A stretch of DNA of 64,000 nucleotides from an uncultured Gammaproteobacteria bacterium (GCA_964596525.1 CAZQUL010000001.1:1079723-1143722); one strand, 5' to 3'; shown: positions 29,524 to 39,156, counted from the stretch's first letter. Numbers and translations: made by a program. The notes: generated by a model not told the origin, from the sequence alone.

Positions 29524-30090
29524 TTATTTTGAGACCGGAGCGTAACGGAGCATCACGCCGCCCGTCGCGAGCGGACGCGCTTCAAGCAACGTGAGCTTCT
29601 GGTAATTCAATCCCTCATTGAAAAGCCGCCTCCCTTTGCCCAGCACGACTGGCGCCACGACGAGCCTATACTCATCAAACAGATTGGCATTCATGAGCGA
29701 CTCCGAGAGCATGCCGCTTCCGAATACGAACATGTTTCCACCACCCTCCTGTTTCAATTTCCGAATTTCGGCAAGTGCATCGCGTACGATCGTCGTATTG
29801 TTCCAGTCGGCACGCTCCAAGCTCGCCGAACACACGATCTTTTTTATCGCGTTCATGCTTTTGGCGGTTGTGCCTTCCGCGGCATCACCTTCGGCTTTGG
29901 ACCAATAGTCGGCCATGCCAGTGTAGGTATTCTTGCCAAAGACCAGCATGTCCGCCGAAGCGAGCTGCTCGTGGCTAAAATCTTCCAGTTCTTTGCCCCA
30001 CACGAGCTCGTGGAAGGAAAGATCCCAGGGTTTTTCTCCCTCGAAGCATCCGTCGAGAGTAATAACGTTCCACATGATGAGGTTTCGCAT
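29524..30090 (-). CDS. Dihydrofolate reductase-family protein (RibD C-terminal domain type)
   Basis: MWNVITLDGCFEG...MFVFGSG...LVVAPVVLGKGRRLF. Start taken at MRNLIMW. Confidence 0.6.
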   Translation of the reverse strand: MRNLIMWNVITLDGCFEGEKPWDLSFHELVWGKELEDFSHEQLASADMLVFGKNTYTGMADYWSKAEGDAAEGTTAKSMNAIKKIVCSASLERADWNNTTIVRDALAEIRKLKQEGGGNMFVFGSGMLSESLMNANLFDEYRLVVAPVVLGKGRRLFNEGLNYQKLTLLEARPLATGGVMLRYAPVSK

Positions 30091-30142
30091 AGGGTTTATC
30101 TGCAAATATAGTAATTCACCAACCAGAGAAACGGTATATGCC

Positions 30143-30613
30143 TTAAAGGCGCGCAGCCTGAACAAGTGCTGCCTCGAGCTTATCCGGTTCATCGGTACCG
30201 ATGCGATAGATCTTACCGTTTTTCATGGTAAGCTCAAGCGCATCCAGGCCAGACACGCTGAAAATCCGCATTTTCTTGGGCCAGAACCACAGCTTTATGC
30301 CCCAGCCGTAGTACCATTTATTTCGTACTTTTTTAACGGTCGCTATGTCGCTGAGGGGAAATGTTGTGCGATAGATCCCCCAGCCAAAACGGATCTTCAA
30401 AACCTGCTCATCGACAGCTACGGTGAGCGTCGAAAAAGACGCAAGGACAATGAGAATGAATGTCATGAGGGCGGAGACGGCGAAGTTGACGCCGGAATCG
30501 TACGAAACCGGCTCGGTTCGGGCGGTGATTTGGAGCCAAGCGAAGAGTGCCAGAACGAGGAAGGTTATGAAGATGAGGAGGTAGCCGATTTGGGTGTGTT
30601 TGTAGGAGGGCAT
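30143..30613 (-). CDS. Membrane protein with bacterial PH-like (bPH_2/YdbS-type) domain
   Basis: Two TM helices then a beta-rich ~80-aa domain. Start taken at MPSYKHTQIGYLL to avoid overlap. Confidence 0.4.
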   Translation of the reverse strand: MPSYKHTQIGYLLIFITFLVLALFAWLQITARTEPVSYDSGVNFAVSALMTFILIVLASFSTLTVAVDEQVLKIRFGWGIYRTTFPLSDIATVKKVRNKWYYGWGIKLWFWPKKMRIFSVSGLDALELTMKNGKIYRIGTDEPDKLEAALVQAARL

Positions 30614-30620
30614 ATAGTAG

Positions 30621-31676
30621 TTATCTTTTTTCAAGAATAGCGGCAATTTCATTTAGAAGTGTGTCTAAATTCGCTTGAAAGCTTATTTGTGTTTTTGTTA
30701 CTGCTAAAACTTTTTTACTTATTTGCGTATGGAGATAATCATCGCCTATTTTTTTTGCAGTTTCATTTAAGGGTCGCGCTATATCTTTGAAACTTTTAGT
30801 ACCATACTGAGCACAGACTTCCGCAAAACTTGTCTTTTGAAAAACTGGTGGTATATGATCAAGAATCGCGCGTTGCAACATCGCACAAGAATGATAGTTT
30901 TCCAAACTATAATTGTCATCCAGTTCATTGCAGAGAGCGATCAATCTGGTCAAGTCAAATTCCTTACTATCTATTCTACTGAGACGTAAAAGTGTGTACT
31001 TATCAATATAAGCAACTCTACCATCAGGTTGGCCTTTGAATTCCTGTTCTGCGCTTTTACTTTGAGCAAATATCTTATCAATGAGAAACAAAAAATCGTT
31101 CAACTGCTCTGTAGCACCTGCCATGAATAAGGCTGTGGCATCATAATATTTATGGGTAGGAATTATTATTCCAGCACTCATTGCATCACTATCCCTTGTC
31201 ATTATTTGCCTCTTCCAATACTGATTAAAAATATCAAGTTTTGTTTGTAGATTGAATTTTTCTATCTCCACCGCTGCATCTTTCGAAATGCTTGAAAATA
31301 AAATTATTGTCTGTTTTCTTAATTTCTCGAAGTGATCTACGATTAAATCAGCCTCTTTGTCTAAGTCTTCCGGTAAGATGCCGGAATCATTTTTAATTTT
31401 TTGTAGAACTTCTTCATCACTTTTTTCATACCATCCTTCTGGAATCCCGTGGATAAGCCCCCACTCAATACTGAATCGTTTGTTATACGGTGGTGTGTCA
31501 AAGTTTCCATAAAAGAAATGACAATGTCCAGCCAAATCCGATCCGCTCCATGAGTTATTGATCAAATTACATACTGCGGCGATCTTTTTTGCTGACTCTG
31601 CGGATCTAATAAGTCGATCTAGAAGATCCTTAACTCCGTTCTTAATTTTTTCAATTTCTTCTCCCATGCTATTCAT
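30621..31676 (-). CDS. Low-GC hypothetical protein (351 aa) with C-terminal HEPN-like Rx4H motif (LQRAILDHIP); Abi-like candidate
   Basis: AT-rich codon usage unlike the flanks. Rx4-6H motif seen directly; family assignment is inference. Confidence 0.4.
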   Translation of the reverse strand: MNSMGEEIEKIKNGVKDLLDRLIRSAESAKKIAAVCNLINNSWSGSDLAGHCHFFYGNFDTPPYNKRFSIEWGLIHGIPEGWYEKSDEEVLQKIKNDSGILPEDLDKEADLIVDHFEKLRKQTIILFSSISKDAAVEIEKFNLQTKLDIFNQYWKRQIMTRDSDAMSAGIIIPTHKYYDATALFMAGATEQLNDFLFLIDKIFAQSKSAEQEFKGQPDGRVAYIDKYTLLRLSRIDSKEFDLTRLIALCNELDDNYSLENYHSCAMLQRAILDHIPPVFQKTSFAEVCAQYGTKSFKDIARPLNETAKKIGDDYLHTQISKKVLAVTKTQISFQANLDTLLNEIAAILEKR

Positions 31677-31783
31677 ATTATTTCCAAAATCTTATTTTTT
31701 TCGATTCCACCCATTCAATAAATTTCAATCGTATCGGGCAATTATTCATTGTAATTGTGTAAATCGCAATTTCTTGTATAAAT

Positions 31784-32221
31784 CTACCTCCAATTCAACC
31801 CTGTTATCACCACCTGCAACACCGTCGCAAACGCCACCCACAGCAGATACGGAATATTAGCGTAAACAATCCACGCATAGGTCGGTGCGCCGGTTTCAAT
31901 ATGGAGCTTGAGACCAAACGAATACAAACCAACGAGCGCCCACACGAGCGTCGCAAGAACCAGCACGATATCTACCGAAGCGAGCAGGTTATTCTTGAGC
32001 CCAAACTGGAGCGGCGTAAAAGCGGCATTAAACACCAGATTGAGCGCAAACGGCAGCACCACTACCCACGGAATACGCCGGGTGAACGCGTGATAAAAGA
32101 CCATCCCAAACGTTACGGCGATAATCGCGTAGAGCACCGTCCACACCGGCCCAAACAGCCAACTCGGCGGCGCCCAGCTTGGTTTGATAAGCGTTTGATA
32201 CCAGGCGTAGGTTTCGTTCAT
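31784..32221 (-). CDS. tspO: TspO/MBR-family tryptophan-rich sensory protein
   Basis: WYQTLIKPSWAPPSWLFGPVWTVLYAIIAV, classical TspO N-terminus. Five TM helices. Confidence 0.7.
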   Translation of the reverse strand: MNETYAWYQTLIKPSWAPPSWLFGPVWTVLYAIIAVTFGMVFYHAFTRRIPWVVVLPFALNLVFNAAFTPLQFGLKNNLLASVDIVLVLATLVWALVGLYSFGLKLHIETGAPTYAWIVYANIPYLLWVAFATVLQVVITGLNWR

Positions 32222-32335
32222 AGAACATTTTTTTGCTTTTATATCTGTAAGGTATCAAAAAAAGAGGCTGCAAACAACCTCTTTTTTTGCAAGAATGCAG
32301 TGCATGCGGCAGAAGCACTCAAGACGTGGTACTGC

Positions 32336-32761
32336 TTATTTTTTAGGATCAAACTCCACGGTCCACTCAATACCGTATTTGTCCCGAAACATTGCAAAGA
32401 AGGTACCCCACGGGCTTTCTCCCATCGGCATTTCTACTGTTCCGCCCGCGGAAAGTCCATTGAAAATCCGTTCTGCTTCTTCTTTGCTGTCTGCGGTAAC
32501 GGCGATCTTGGATCTATTTTCGTTCTCGCTCACACGGCCCATCGCTTCGGGCACATCATTGGCGATCAAGACATTGTTACCGATCGGTAGAACGATGCGC
32601 ATTATTTTATTCGCCTCTTTTTCGGGCACCGGAAATTCGGCGCTGGCGATGTCTTTGAAACGAGTGATGCCAGCGAATTCCCCGCCGAAAACGGATTTGT
32701 AGAAGGTAAACGCTTCTTCGGCGTTGCCATTGAAGTTGATGTAGGGGTTGATCGTTGGCAT
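32336..32761 (-). CDS. VOC-family protein (PhnB-like)
   Basis: MPTINPYINFNGNAEEAFTFYKSVFGGEF. Confidence 0.6.
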   Translation of the reverse strand: MPTINPYINFNGNAEEAFTFYKSVFGGEFAGITRFKDIASAEFPVPEKEANKIMRIVLPIGNNVLIANDVPEAMGRVSENENRSKIAVTADSKEEAERIFNGLSAGGTVEMPMGESPWGTFFAMFRDKYGIEWTVEFDPKK

Positions 32762-32802
32762 AGTGATCTAGGGTTAAATGATTTCCTAAGTTCTTCAATC
32801 TT

Positions 32803-33048
32803 TCAGAGAGGTGCTAAACGAATATGTTTTTTTACAAACGCTCGACCAGAGCCAGACTTAAGATATTTCTCAAAATTGAATGCGGTAATTTTATCTTGAA
32901 AAGCGAAGTAGGCAGCAAGCTTTACTGGCAGGCGTTTTACCGTAGCAGGCACGTTTCCTTGTTGATGACGGGCGAAGCGTTCGCGGAGATTAGATGTGCA
33001 GCCAACGTAGAAACCGTCTTTGCACTGAAGGAAATAGACGTAGTACAT
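32803..33048 (-). CDS. GIY-YIG nuclease-family protein (UPF0213-like, 81 aa)
   Basis: MYYVYFLQCKDGFYVGCTSNLRERFARHQQG. Confidence 0.7.
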   Translation of the reverse strand: MYYVYFLQCKDGFYVGCTSNLRERFARHQQGNVPATVKRLPVKLAAYFAFQDKITAFNFEKYLKSGSGRAFVKKHIRLAPL

Positions 33049-33227
33049 ACGGTTCGCTGCCCTACGAGCTTCGGTCTGGCGCCATCAAAGCCAGTCTAAC
33101 GAGCACGAAACAATAGCGGATTTATCTCGCTGTAACCTCGCCTTTGATTCTAAAAAGCAAAGAAAATCGAAGGCATTATATTAGGATTGCCCGCCTTCGC
33201 TCCTACGGAGCTACGGCGAGGTGAAAG

Positions 33228-33314
33228 CGGAGAGTGCGAGATTCGAACTCGCGAGGGCTTTTGGCCCTACACGCTTTCCAAGCGTGCGCACTAGACCAAC
33301 TATGCGAACTCTCC
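33228..33314 (-). tRNA. tRNA-Ser (anticodon GGA), no encoded CCA
   Basis: Minus-strand fold: acceptor GGAGAGT/ACTCTCC, D-arm GCAT-AGTTGGTCTA-GTGC, anticodon stem CACGC/GCGTG with loop TTGGAAA, long variable arm GGGC-CAAAA-GCCC, T-arm GCGAG-TTCGAAT-CTCGC. Confidence 0.8.
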
Positions 33315-33323
33315 AAGGTGTGC

Positions 33324-34112
33324 TTATTCCGGCTTTTGCGGCATGGCAGCCGAATGCAGCCCCTGTTTTTTACCAAAGATTAGAGAGCCTGTCAACGCGA
33401 CGATTACCGCCGCCATACCCCACTGGGCCGGAGTTAGCGACGCATACCGAGCGTCAACGACACGCAAGAAATCCAGACCAAAACGGAGGGTAGCGTAGGT
33501 CAGAATGGAAGCAGCAGCCACTAACCCCGCACGTTTGGCAGCGAACCGTGGAAACAAAGCCCAAAAAACTGCGAACAAAGCGAAGCCGAGCAATGATTCA
33601 TACAAACCAAGATCGTGGCGCGGACCGTCGGGAAAGCGCACCGCGAGCACGAAGTGGGAGAGTGTACCGGGATGGTCGTGGATAAGAAAACACCCGATAC
33701 GACCAATCCCCCACCCGAGCCACAGGCTCACAAGACCAACATCTAAGTACGGCAAGAAGGCATTGAAGGACATTTTTCGTCGCTTAAGCGCCAAAGCAGC
33801 CCCACACGCCGCACCAATAAAACCCCCGAGCGACGAAAACCCACCATGCCAAATAGCAATGATTTCGCGGGGATGCTCCAGGTAAAAGCCGAGGTCGTAG
33901 AAGACGATATGCCCAAGTCGGGCGCCCACAAACGCCCCAATGAGAACCGGAAGCGAGATGTCCAGGACAAGCTCTGGCTGAAGATTACGCCGCGCGCTTG
34001 CATATTTGGAAAACCAAAGCGCGAGAGCAATGCCAAGCGCAACGCACAGACCCCACACCTGGATTGTGAGCGGACCAAGACTGATCGTGGTGAAGGAAAA
34101 AAACGGGATCAT
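33324..34112 (-). CDS. lgt: Prolipoprotein diacylglyceryl transferase
   Basis: Lgt signature region HGGFSSLGGFIGAA, multiple TM helices, Lgt-typical length. Confidence 0.8.
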   Translation of the reverse strand: MIPFFSFTTISLGPLTIQVWGLCVALGIALALWFSKYASARRNLQPELVLDISLPVLIGAFVGARLGHIVFYDLGFYLEHPREIIAIWHGGFSSLGGFIGAACGAALALKRRKMSFNAFLPYLDVGLVSLWLGWGIGRIGCFLIHDHPGTLSHFVLAVRFPDGPRHDLGLYESLLGFALFAVFWALFPRFAAKRAGLVAAASILTYATLRFGLDFLRVVDARYASLTPAQWGMAAVIVALTGSLIFGKKQGLHSAAMPQKPE

Positions 34113-34135
34113 ATGGGTGCACTGGCACTATGCGC

Positions 34136-35518
34136 TTAGTGGTTGTGATTATCGGCCACGCCATTCTTAAAACCTTTTTCGACCTCAACCATTATATCAA
34201 GCGGCGAATCGACCAGTTTGAAAAGCTCGATGTCTTCGGGAGCGATGGTTTTGAACTGATTGGCCATGTCTTCGATAAGATCGATAAGCGGCTTCCAAAA
34301 ATCGGTACCGTAAAGAATCACCGGCGTGCGCGGCATCTTGTGCGTCTGCTGCAGGGTAAGTACTTCAAACAAATGATGGAGCGTGCCGAAACCGCCAGGC
34401 AGACACACAAAGCCATGGGCCGGAGCAGTAAGGATGAGTTTGCGGATAAAAGGGAAGAAAAATGGCAGGTTCTTGGTGAGATGCGGAAATGTCTGGTTGT
34501 CGTTGCGGAAAAGAAGCGGAAAACCGACGGTCTCACCCCCGTGTTCGTGGGCACCCTTGGAAACAACCTCTTGCAGACCCGGGCCGCCACCCGTGATAGT
34601 CGTAATTTTGCGCTGGGCAAGAAGGGTGCCAATCTCATAGGCTGCGCTGTCATAGGACAGTTCGCCGGCTTTGGAGCTCGATGTGGCAAAAACCGTCACC
34701 TCGCGCGTGAGTTTGGTAAGGAACTCAAAGCCGTTAACAAGTTCGGCCATGATGCGGAAGATATTCCATTCGGTACCGATCTGACAGAAGGGACTGGCCG
34801 AGTCAATCGTACAGGCATTTTTTCGTTCCTCCAGATTTTTGACAAGCTCAAAAGCATCCTCGGCCGTTTCAACAATATGCCAACGGTCGATTTCTTCTTG
34901 GCTCACGGCACCAAGATTGGCCACCACTTCCTGACGAAGGAATTTTACGAGCGGTCCCCAGAAATCTCGGCCGATAAGGATTATCGGTGCGCGGTCCATC
35001 AGGCCGAGTTCCATGTAATCCACGACTTCAAAAAATTCATCAAAGGTGCCGAACCCACCCGGAAAGAAAAAGAAGGCATTAGCCGGGGCGGTGAGCATCA
35101 CTTTGCGGGTAAAAAAGTAGTAGAAACCGATAGAATCTACGACGTAGGGATTGACGCGCTGCTCAAAAGGTAACTGAATGTTAAGACCAAGTGATCGGCC
35201 ATGACCCTCGAAGGCACCGCGGTTGCCGGCTTCCATAATGCCCGGACCGCCACCGGTAATAACACTAAAACCCGCTTTGGCGAGCATCTTACCGAGCTTG
35301 CGGGCGGTGCGGTAGTACTTATTGTTCGAGGGCAGGCGCGCCGAACCCATGATGGTCACTTCTTTCTTGAGACCTTGCAAAAACTGATACCCTTCGACGA
35401 TTTCGGAGACAACGCGGAAAATGCGCCAACTGTCGCGGTAATTGACGAGCTCACCAGCGGCGTGCTCGAGCGAAAATTGTAACTCATCATCGACGATAAC
35501 GGTTTTTGACTCAGGCAT
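34136..35518 (-). CDS. Tandem LOG-LOG fusion (two TIGR00730-type cytokinin-riboside-5'-monophosphate phosphoribohydrolase-like domains)
   Basis: Each half has GGGxGxME ... PGGFGTxxE(L/F) blocks. The first domain reads PGGFGTFDEFFEV. The second reads PGGFGTLHHLFEV, with the conserved Glu replaced. Confidence 0.7.
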   Translation of the reverse strand: MPESKTVIVDDELQFSLEHAAGELVNYRDSWRIFRVVSEIVEGYQFLQGLKKEVTIMGSARLPSNNKYYRTARKLGKMLAKAGFSVITGGGPGIMEAGNRGAFEGHGRSLGLNIQLPFEQRVNPYVVDSIGFYYFFTRKVMLTAPANAFFFFPGGFGTFDEFFEVVDYMELGLMDRAPIILIGRDFWGPLVKFLRQEVVANLGAVSQEEIDRWHIVETAEDAFELVKNLEERKNACTIDSASPFCQIGTEWNIFRIMAELVNGFEFLTKLTREVTVFATSSSKAGELSYDSAAYEIGTLLAQRKITTITGGGPGLQEVVSKGAHEHGGETVGFPLLFRNDNQTFPHLTKNLPFFFPFIRKLILTAPAHGFVCLPGGFGTLHHLFEVLTLQQTHKMPRTPVILYGTDFWKPLIDLIEDMANQFKTIAPEDIELFKLVDSPLDIMVEVEKGFKNGVADNHNH

Positions 35519-35535
35519 AGAAAGATAAAAGAAAA

Positions 35536-36957
35536 TTATTCAAGAGCACGTGCGACGCGGAGCATGAGGTCTTCGCGCAGTCGCGGACCCATGACCTGCA
35601 TACCGATCGGGAGACCGGTTGAACTCATGCCCGCTGGCACAGACATGGCCGGCACACCAGCAAGGGCCGCCGGGCTCACCATGACATCGGCAACGTAGAG
35701 GTCGAGTGGGTTGGCCGATTTCTCCCCCACCCCGAAAGCCGGAAAAGGTGAAGTGGGGGTGAGGAGCGCATCGACGCGCGTGAACGCTTCGTCGAAATCG
35801 CGCTTGATGAGCGTACGCACGGCTTGGGCTTTTTTGTAGTACGCGTCATAGTAACCGGCCGAGAGCGCGTAGGTGCCAATGAGAATGCGGCGTTTTACTT
35901 CTTCGGGGAAGCCCTGGGCCCGAGAAAAAGCGTAGGTATCGTAGAGCGTGCGGGCTTCGCGGCGCGAACCGTAGCGGATACCGTCGAGCCGGGCCAAGTT
36001 GGAGCTGTCTTCGCTTGGTACCACGATGTAGTAGACGGCGACCGCATACTTGGTGTGTGGCATAGCCACTTCTTCGAGCGTGCAGCCGGCAGCGCGGAGT
36101 TTTTCTTGTGCGGCTTCGAAGGATTTTTTCACCTCTGGATGGAGTTCGGCGATGGTAAGATACTCGCGCGGTATGCCGACCTTGAGGCCCTGAGTGCCTT
36201 TTTTGAGCTCTTCGGTATATCGGGGTACGGCATCGGCAACAGTCGTGGCATCGCGCTCGTCGCGCCCGGCCATTACTTCAAGAAGGAGCGCAGCGTCTTC
36301 TACGGTGCGCGCAAGCGGACCGACCGTGTCGAGCGACGAAGCCATCGGCATGATGCCATAACGAGAGTTGCGGCCATAGCTTGGGCGCACACCCACGACG
36401 CCGCAAAAACTCGCTGGTTGGCGGATGGAACCGCCCGTGTCTTCCGCAATGGCAAAAAGACCCATACCGCTTGCCAAAGCAGCACCAGCACCACCAGATG
36501 AACCGCCGGCAACTTTTGTAACATCAAACGGGTTACGGACCGGACCGTACATGCTGTTTTCATTACTCGCACCATGGCCGAACGCGTCGCAGTTGCTTTT
36601 ACCCAAGAGTACAGCACCTTGAGCGCGGATTTTACCGATAACCGTAGCGTCGAACGGCGGGGTGTAGTCATCAAGGATGGTAGCAGCGCCGGTTGAGCGC
36701 ACATCAATCGTACAGATAGCGTCTTTGACGGTGTAAGGAATACCCAGCAGCGGATCGTTTGAACCTTCGGCCAAGCGTTTGTCGGCCTCTCGGGCAGCCG
36801 TACGAGCACCTTCTTCATCAATCGTGATGAGGGCGTTGAGTTCTGGATTGCGGGTTTTGGCAGCAGTTAAGCAGGCTTCAGCGAGTTCGACTGCGCTGAA
36901 TTCTTTGGCACGCAAACCGCGGGCCGCCTGCGCGCAAGAAAGAGTAGTAAGAGACAT
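35536..36957 (-). CDS. gatA: Glutamyl-tRNA(Gln) amidotransferase subunit A
   Basis: Amidase signature GGSSGGAGAALASG...DTGGSIRQPASFCGVVG. Confidence 0.9.
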   Translation of the reverse strand: MSLTTLSCAQAARGLRAKEFSAVELAEACLTAAKTRNPELNALITIDEEGARTAAREADKRLAEGSNDPLLGIPYTVKDAICTIDVRSTGAATILDDYTPPFDATVIGKIRAQGAVLLGKSNCDAFGHGASNENSMYGPVRNPFDVTKVAGGSSGGAGAALASGMGLFAIAEDTGGSIRQPASFCGVVGVRPSYGRNSRYGIMPMASSLDTVGPLARTVEDAALLLEVMAGRDERDATTVADAVPRYTEELKKGTQGLKVGIPREYLTIAELHPEVKKSFEAAQEKLRAAGCTLEEVAMPHTKYAVAVYYIVVPSEDSSNLARLDGIRYGSRREARTLYDTYAFSRAQGFPEEVKRRILIGTYALSAGYYDAYYKKAQAVRTLIKRDFDEAFTRVDALLTPTSPFPAFGVGEKSANPLDLYVADVMVSPAALAGVPAMSVPAGMSSTGLPIGMQVMGPRLREDLMLRVARALE

Positions 36958-36965
36958 ACAGAAAA

Positions 36966-37268
36966 CTAAGTTTCGGAAGATTGCTCGAAAACGCCGGGAA
37001 CGACGAGTTCATTGCCATTGGTGAGAGGCATTTCTGCAATGAGTTTGGGAGCCGGAGCGCCAGAGCGGAGTTCATCGGGACGCGCAACGTTGATAAGACC
37101 GGTTACTTGGGCGGTCGGAGCAACGTTCGAGGTGTCCACTTCGTTCAGGATCGTCATATAATCGAGCACACTCGAGATAGTTTCGGCAAAGCGGACCTCT
37201 TCTTCGGGCGTAAGGTTGAGGCGTGACAACTGGGCGATTTTTTTGATTTCAGGCAAGGTAATTGGCAT
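36966..37268 (-). CDS. gatC: Glutamyl-tRNA(Gln) amidotransferase subunit C
   Basis: ~100 aa, IKKIAQLSRLNLTPEEE, immediately upstream of gatA. Confidence 0.8.
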   Translation of the reverse strand: MPITLPEIKKIAQLSRLNLTPEEEVRFAETISSVLDYMTILNEVDTSNVAPTAQVTGLINVARPDELRSGAPAPKLIAEMPLTNGNELVVPGVFEQSSET

Positions 37269-37319
37269 ACTATAGGCTATAGTATACGGTAAAGGGATTT
37301 AAACTAGCAATATTCTCGT

Positions 37320-37766
37320 ATGCATACTACCATATCCACTTCACACCACAAAACCGATACCGAGACGATCGGCGCACAGCTTGCTACTGAACTAGCTGAA
37401 GGTAGTATTCTAGCGCTGGAAGGCGACCTGGGGGCCGGAAAAACTACGCTAGTGCAGGGTTTGGCCAAAGGGCTCGGTATTGCAGGTGATATACCCAGCC
37501 CCACCTTTACACTCATGAACGTGCATACGTTACCCACACCCAAAAATGGCATCCGACAACTTGTACATATCGATGCTTACCGATTGGAGCGCGAAGAAGA
37601 GCTTGTGGCGATCGGCGTATACGACTATCTAGGGCAAGAAGGAACACTTACCGTTGTTGAATGGCCGGAAAAAGTGCCCGGTGTTCTGAAGGAATTTTCT
37701 GTCATCCGCGCACACATCACGGCACCCACGCCGACGGAACGGACGATTACCATCATGCATCCGTAA
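37320..37766 (+). CDS. tsaE: tRNA threonylcarbamoyladenosine biosynthesis ATPase TsaE (YjeE)
   Basis: LEGDLGAGKTTLVQGLAKGLG...VHIDAYRL. Confidence 0.75.
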   Translation: MHTTISTSHHKTDTETIGAQLATELAEGSILALEGDLGAGKTTLVQGLAKGLGIAGDIPSPTFTLMNVHTLPTPKNGIRQLVHIDAYRLEREEELVAIGVYDYLGQEGTLTVVEWPEKVPGVLKEFSVIRAHITAPTPTERTITIMHP

Positions 37767-37813
37767 TTGCATCGAAACGACAACAGATTTATTTAGGAGC
37801 TTGTGAAAAACAG

Positions 37814-37919
37814 TGTCATTGCGAGAAGTGAGGAACGAACGACGAAGCAATCCCCTTGATTACACTGTGAACTCTGAATTATGAAGGGATTACTTCGTCG
37901 ACTTCCTCCTCGCAATGAC
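37814..37919. repeat. Copy 2 of nested-palindrome MITE-like repeat
   Basis: gtcattgcgagaagtgagg...gacgaagcaatccccttgattacactg...gggattacttcgtcg...cctcctcgcaatgac. Confidence 0.7.
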
Positions 37920-37932
37920 TTTTAAGCAGGCT

Positions 37933-39156
37933 TTACTTACCCAGATAATTAACCGAACCGAGCTCGGGCGGCACATAATCCTGATCGACCGGTTCATCAT
38001 AGTCGGGGTTGTATTTATAATCTTTGCCATAACCAATTTCTTTCATCAGCTTGGTGGGGGCATTGCGCAAGTGGAGCGGCACACCGAGATGCGAGGTACG
38101 GCGGGCATCGGCAGCCGCACGGCCGTAGGCGCGATAGAGAAGATTGGATTTGGCGGATTTGGCGCAGTACACCACGGCTTGGGCAAGATGCACCGAACAT
38201 TCCGGATAGCCGATTTTATGACACGCGTCGTAGGCGGCATTGGCTTGAACGAGCGCTTCGCTGTTGGCCATACCAATGTCTTCGGACGCGAAGCGGAGTA
38301 CGCGCCGGGCGATGTAGAGCGGATCAGCACCGCCTTCGAGCATGCGAGCGAGCCAATAGAGCGCAGCGCTCGGGTCGGAGCCGCGCATGCTTTTGTGGAG
38401 AGCGGAGATGAGATTATAAAATTCTTCGCCGCGCTTATCAAAGATGAGCGTGCTTTTCTGCAAGGCCTCTTTGGCAATGTCGGGCGTAATGATAACTTTT
38501 GCGCCTTTTTTAAAACTTTTGATGGCAATCTCGAGCGCGTTGAGAGCAGCGCGGGCATCGCCGCCGGATAATTCAGCGAGAAGCGCAAGAGGTTCGTCAT
38601 CGGCCGCAGGGGCAAGTTTACCAAAACCAGCAGCTTCGTCGGTGAGAGCGCGTTTGAGGATGGTAATAATATTATCGGTCGTGAGCGGTTTGAGCACCAC
38701 GACGCGCGAACGCGAAAGCAGAGCGCCAATGATTTCGAATGATGGGTTTTCCGTGGTGGCGCCAATAAGCGTGATTATCCCCTTCTCCACGTACGGCAAG
38801 AGCGCATCCTGCTGAGCCTTGCTCCAGCGGTGGATTTCGTCCACGAAGAGAATGGTTTTTTCTTTGTTTTTAAGCCGCTCTTCGGCCAGAGCGACAACCG
38901 TGCGCACTTCATCTTTGCCGCTCATGACAGCCGAGAGTTTTTCAAAATGAGCGCCCGAGGCCGTAGCGATGATTTCGGCAAGGGTGGTTTTGCCAACGCC
39001 CGGCGGACCCCAAAATATAAGCGAGGTAAGTTCGTTTTTATCGATAAGGCGGCGCAAAATAGTGCCTGGACCGATGATATCGGCATGACCGACCAGATCG
39101 GCAAGCGTGCGCGGGCGCAGACGGTCTGCAAGCGGTTGAGAAGATGAAGTAGACAT
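37933..39156 (-). CDS. rarA: Replication-associated recombination protein A (RarA/MgsA)
   Basis: LADRLRPRTLADLVGH...GPPGVGKTTLA...ILFVDEIHR. Start taken at MSTSSSQPLADRL; the listed ORF extends a further 54 aa upstream. Confidence 0.85.
   Translation of the reverse strand: MSTSSSQPLADRLRPRTLADLVGHADIIGPGTILRRLIDKNELTSLIFWGPPGVGKTTLAEIIATASGAHFEKLSAVMSGKDEVRTVVALAEERLKNKEKTILFVDEIHRWSKAQQDALLPYVEKGIITLIGATTENPSFEIIGALLSRSRVVVLKPLTTDNIITILKRALTDEAAGFGKLAPAADDEPLALLAELSGGDARAALNALEIAIKSFKKGAKVIITPDIAKEALQKSTLIFDKRGEEFYNLISALHKSMRGSDPSAALYWLARMLEGGADPLYIARRVLRFASEDIGMANSEALVQANAAYDACHKIGYPECSVHLAQAVVYCAKSAKSNLLYRAYGRAAADARRTSHLGVPLHLRNAPTKLMKEIGYGKDYKYNPDYDEPVDQDYVPPELGSVNYLGK

Noticed and set aside
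35536-37268. gatC-gatA without adjacent gatB as a possible anomaly
   Set aside because: gatB is frequently unlinked from gatCA in bacteria, so this is not unusual.
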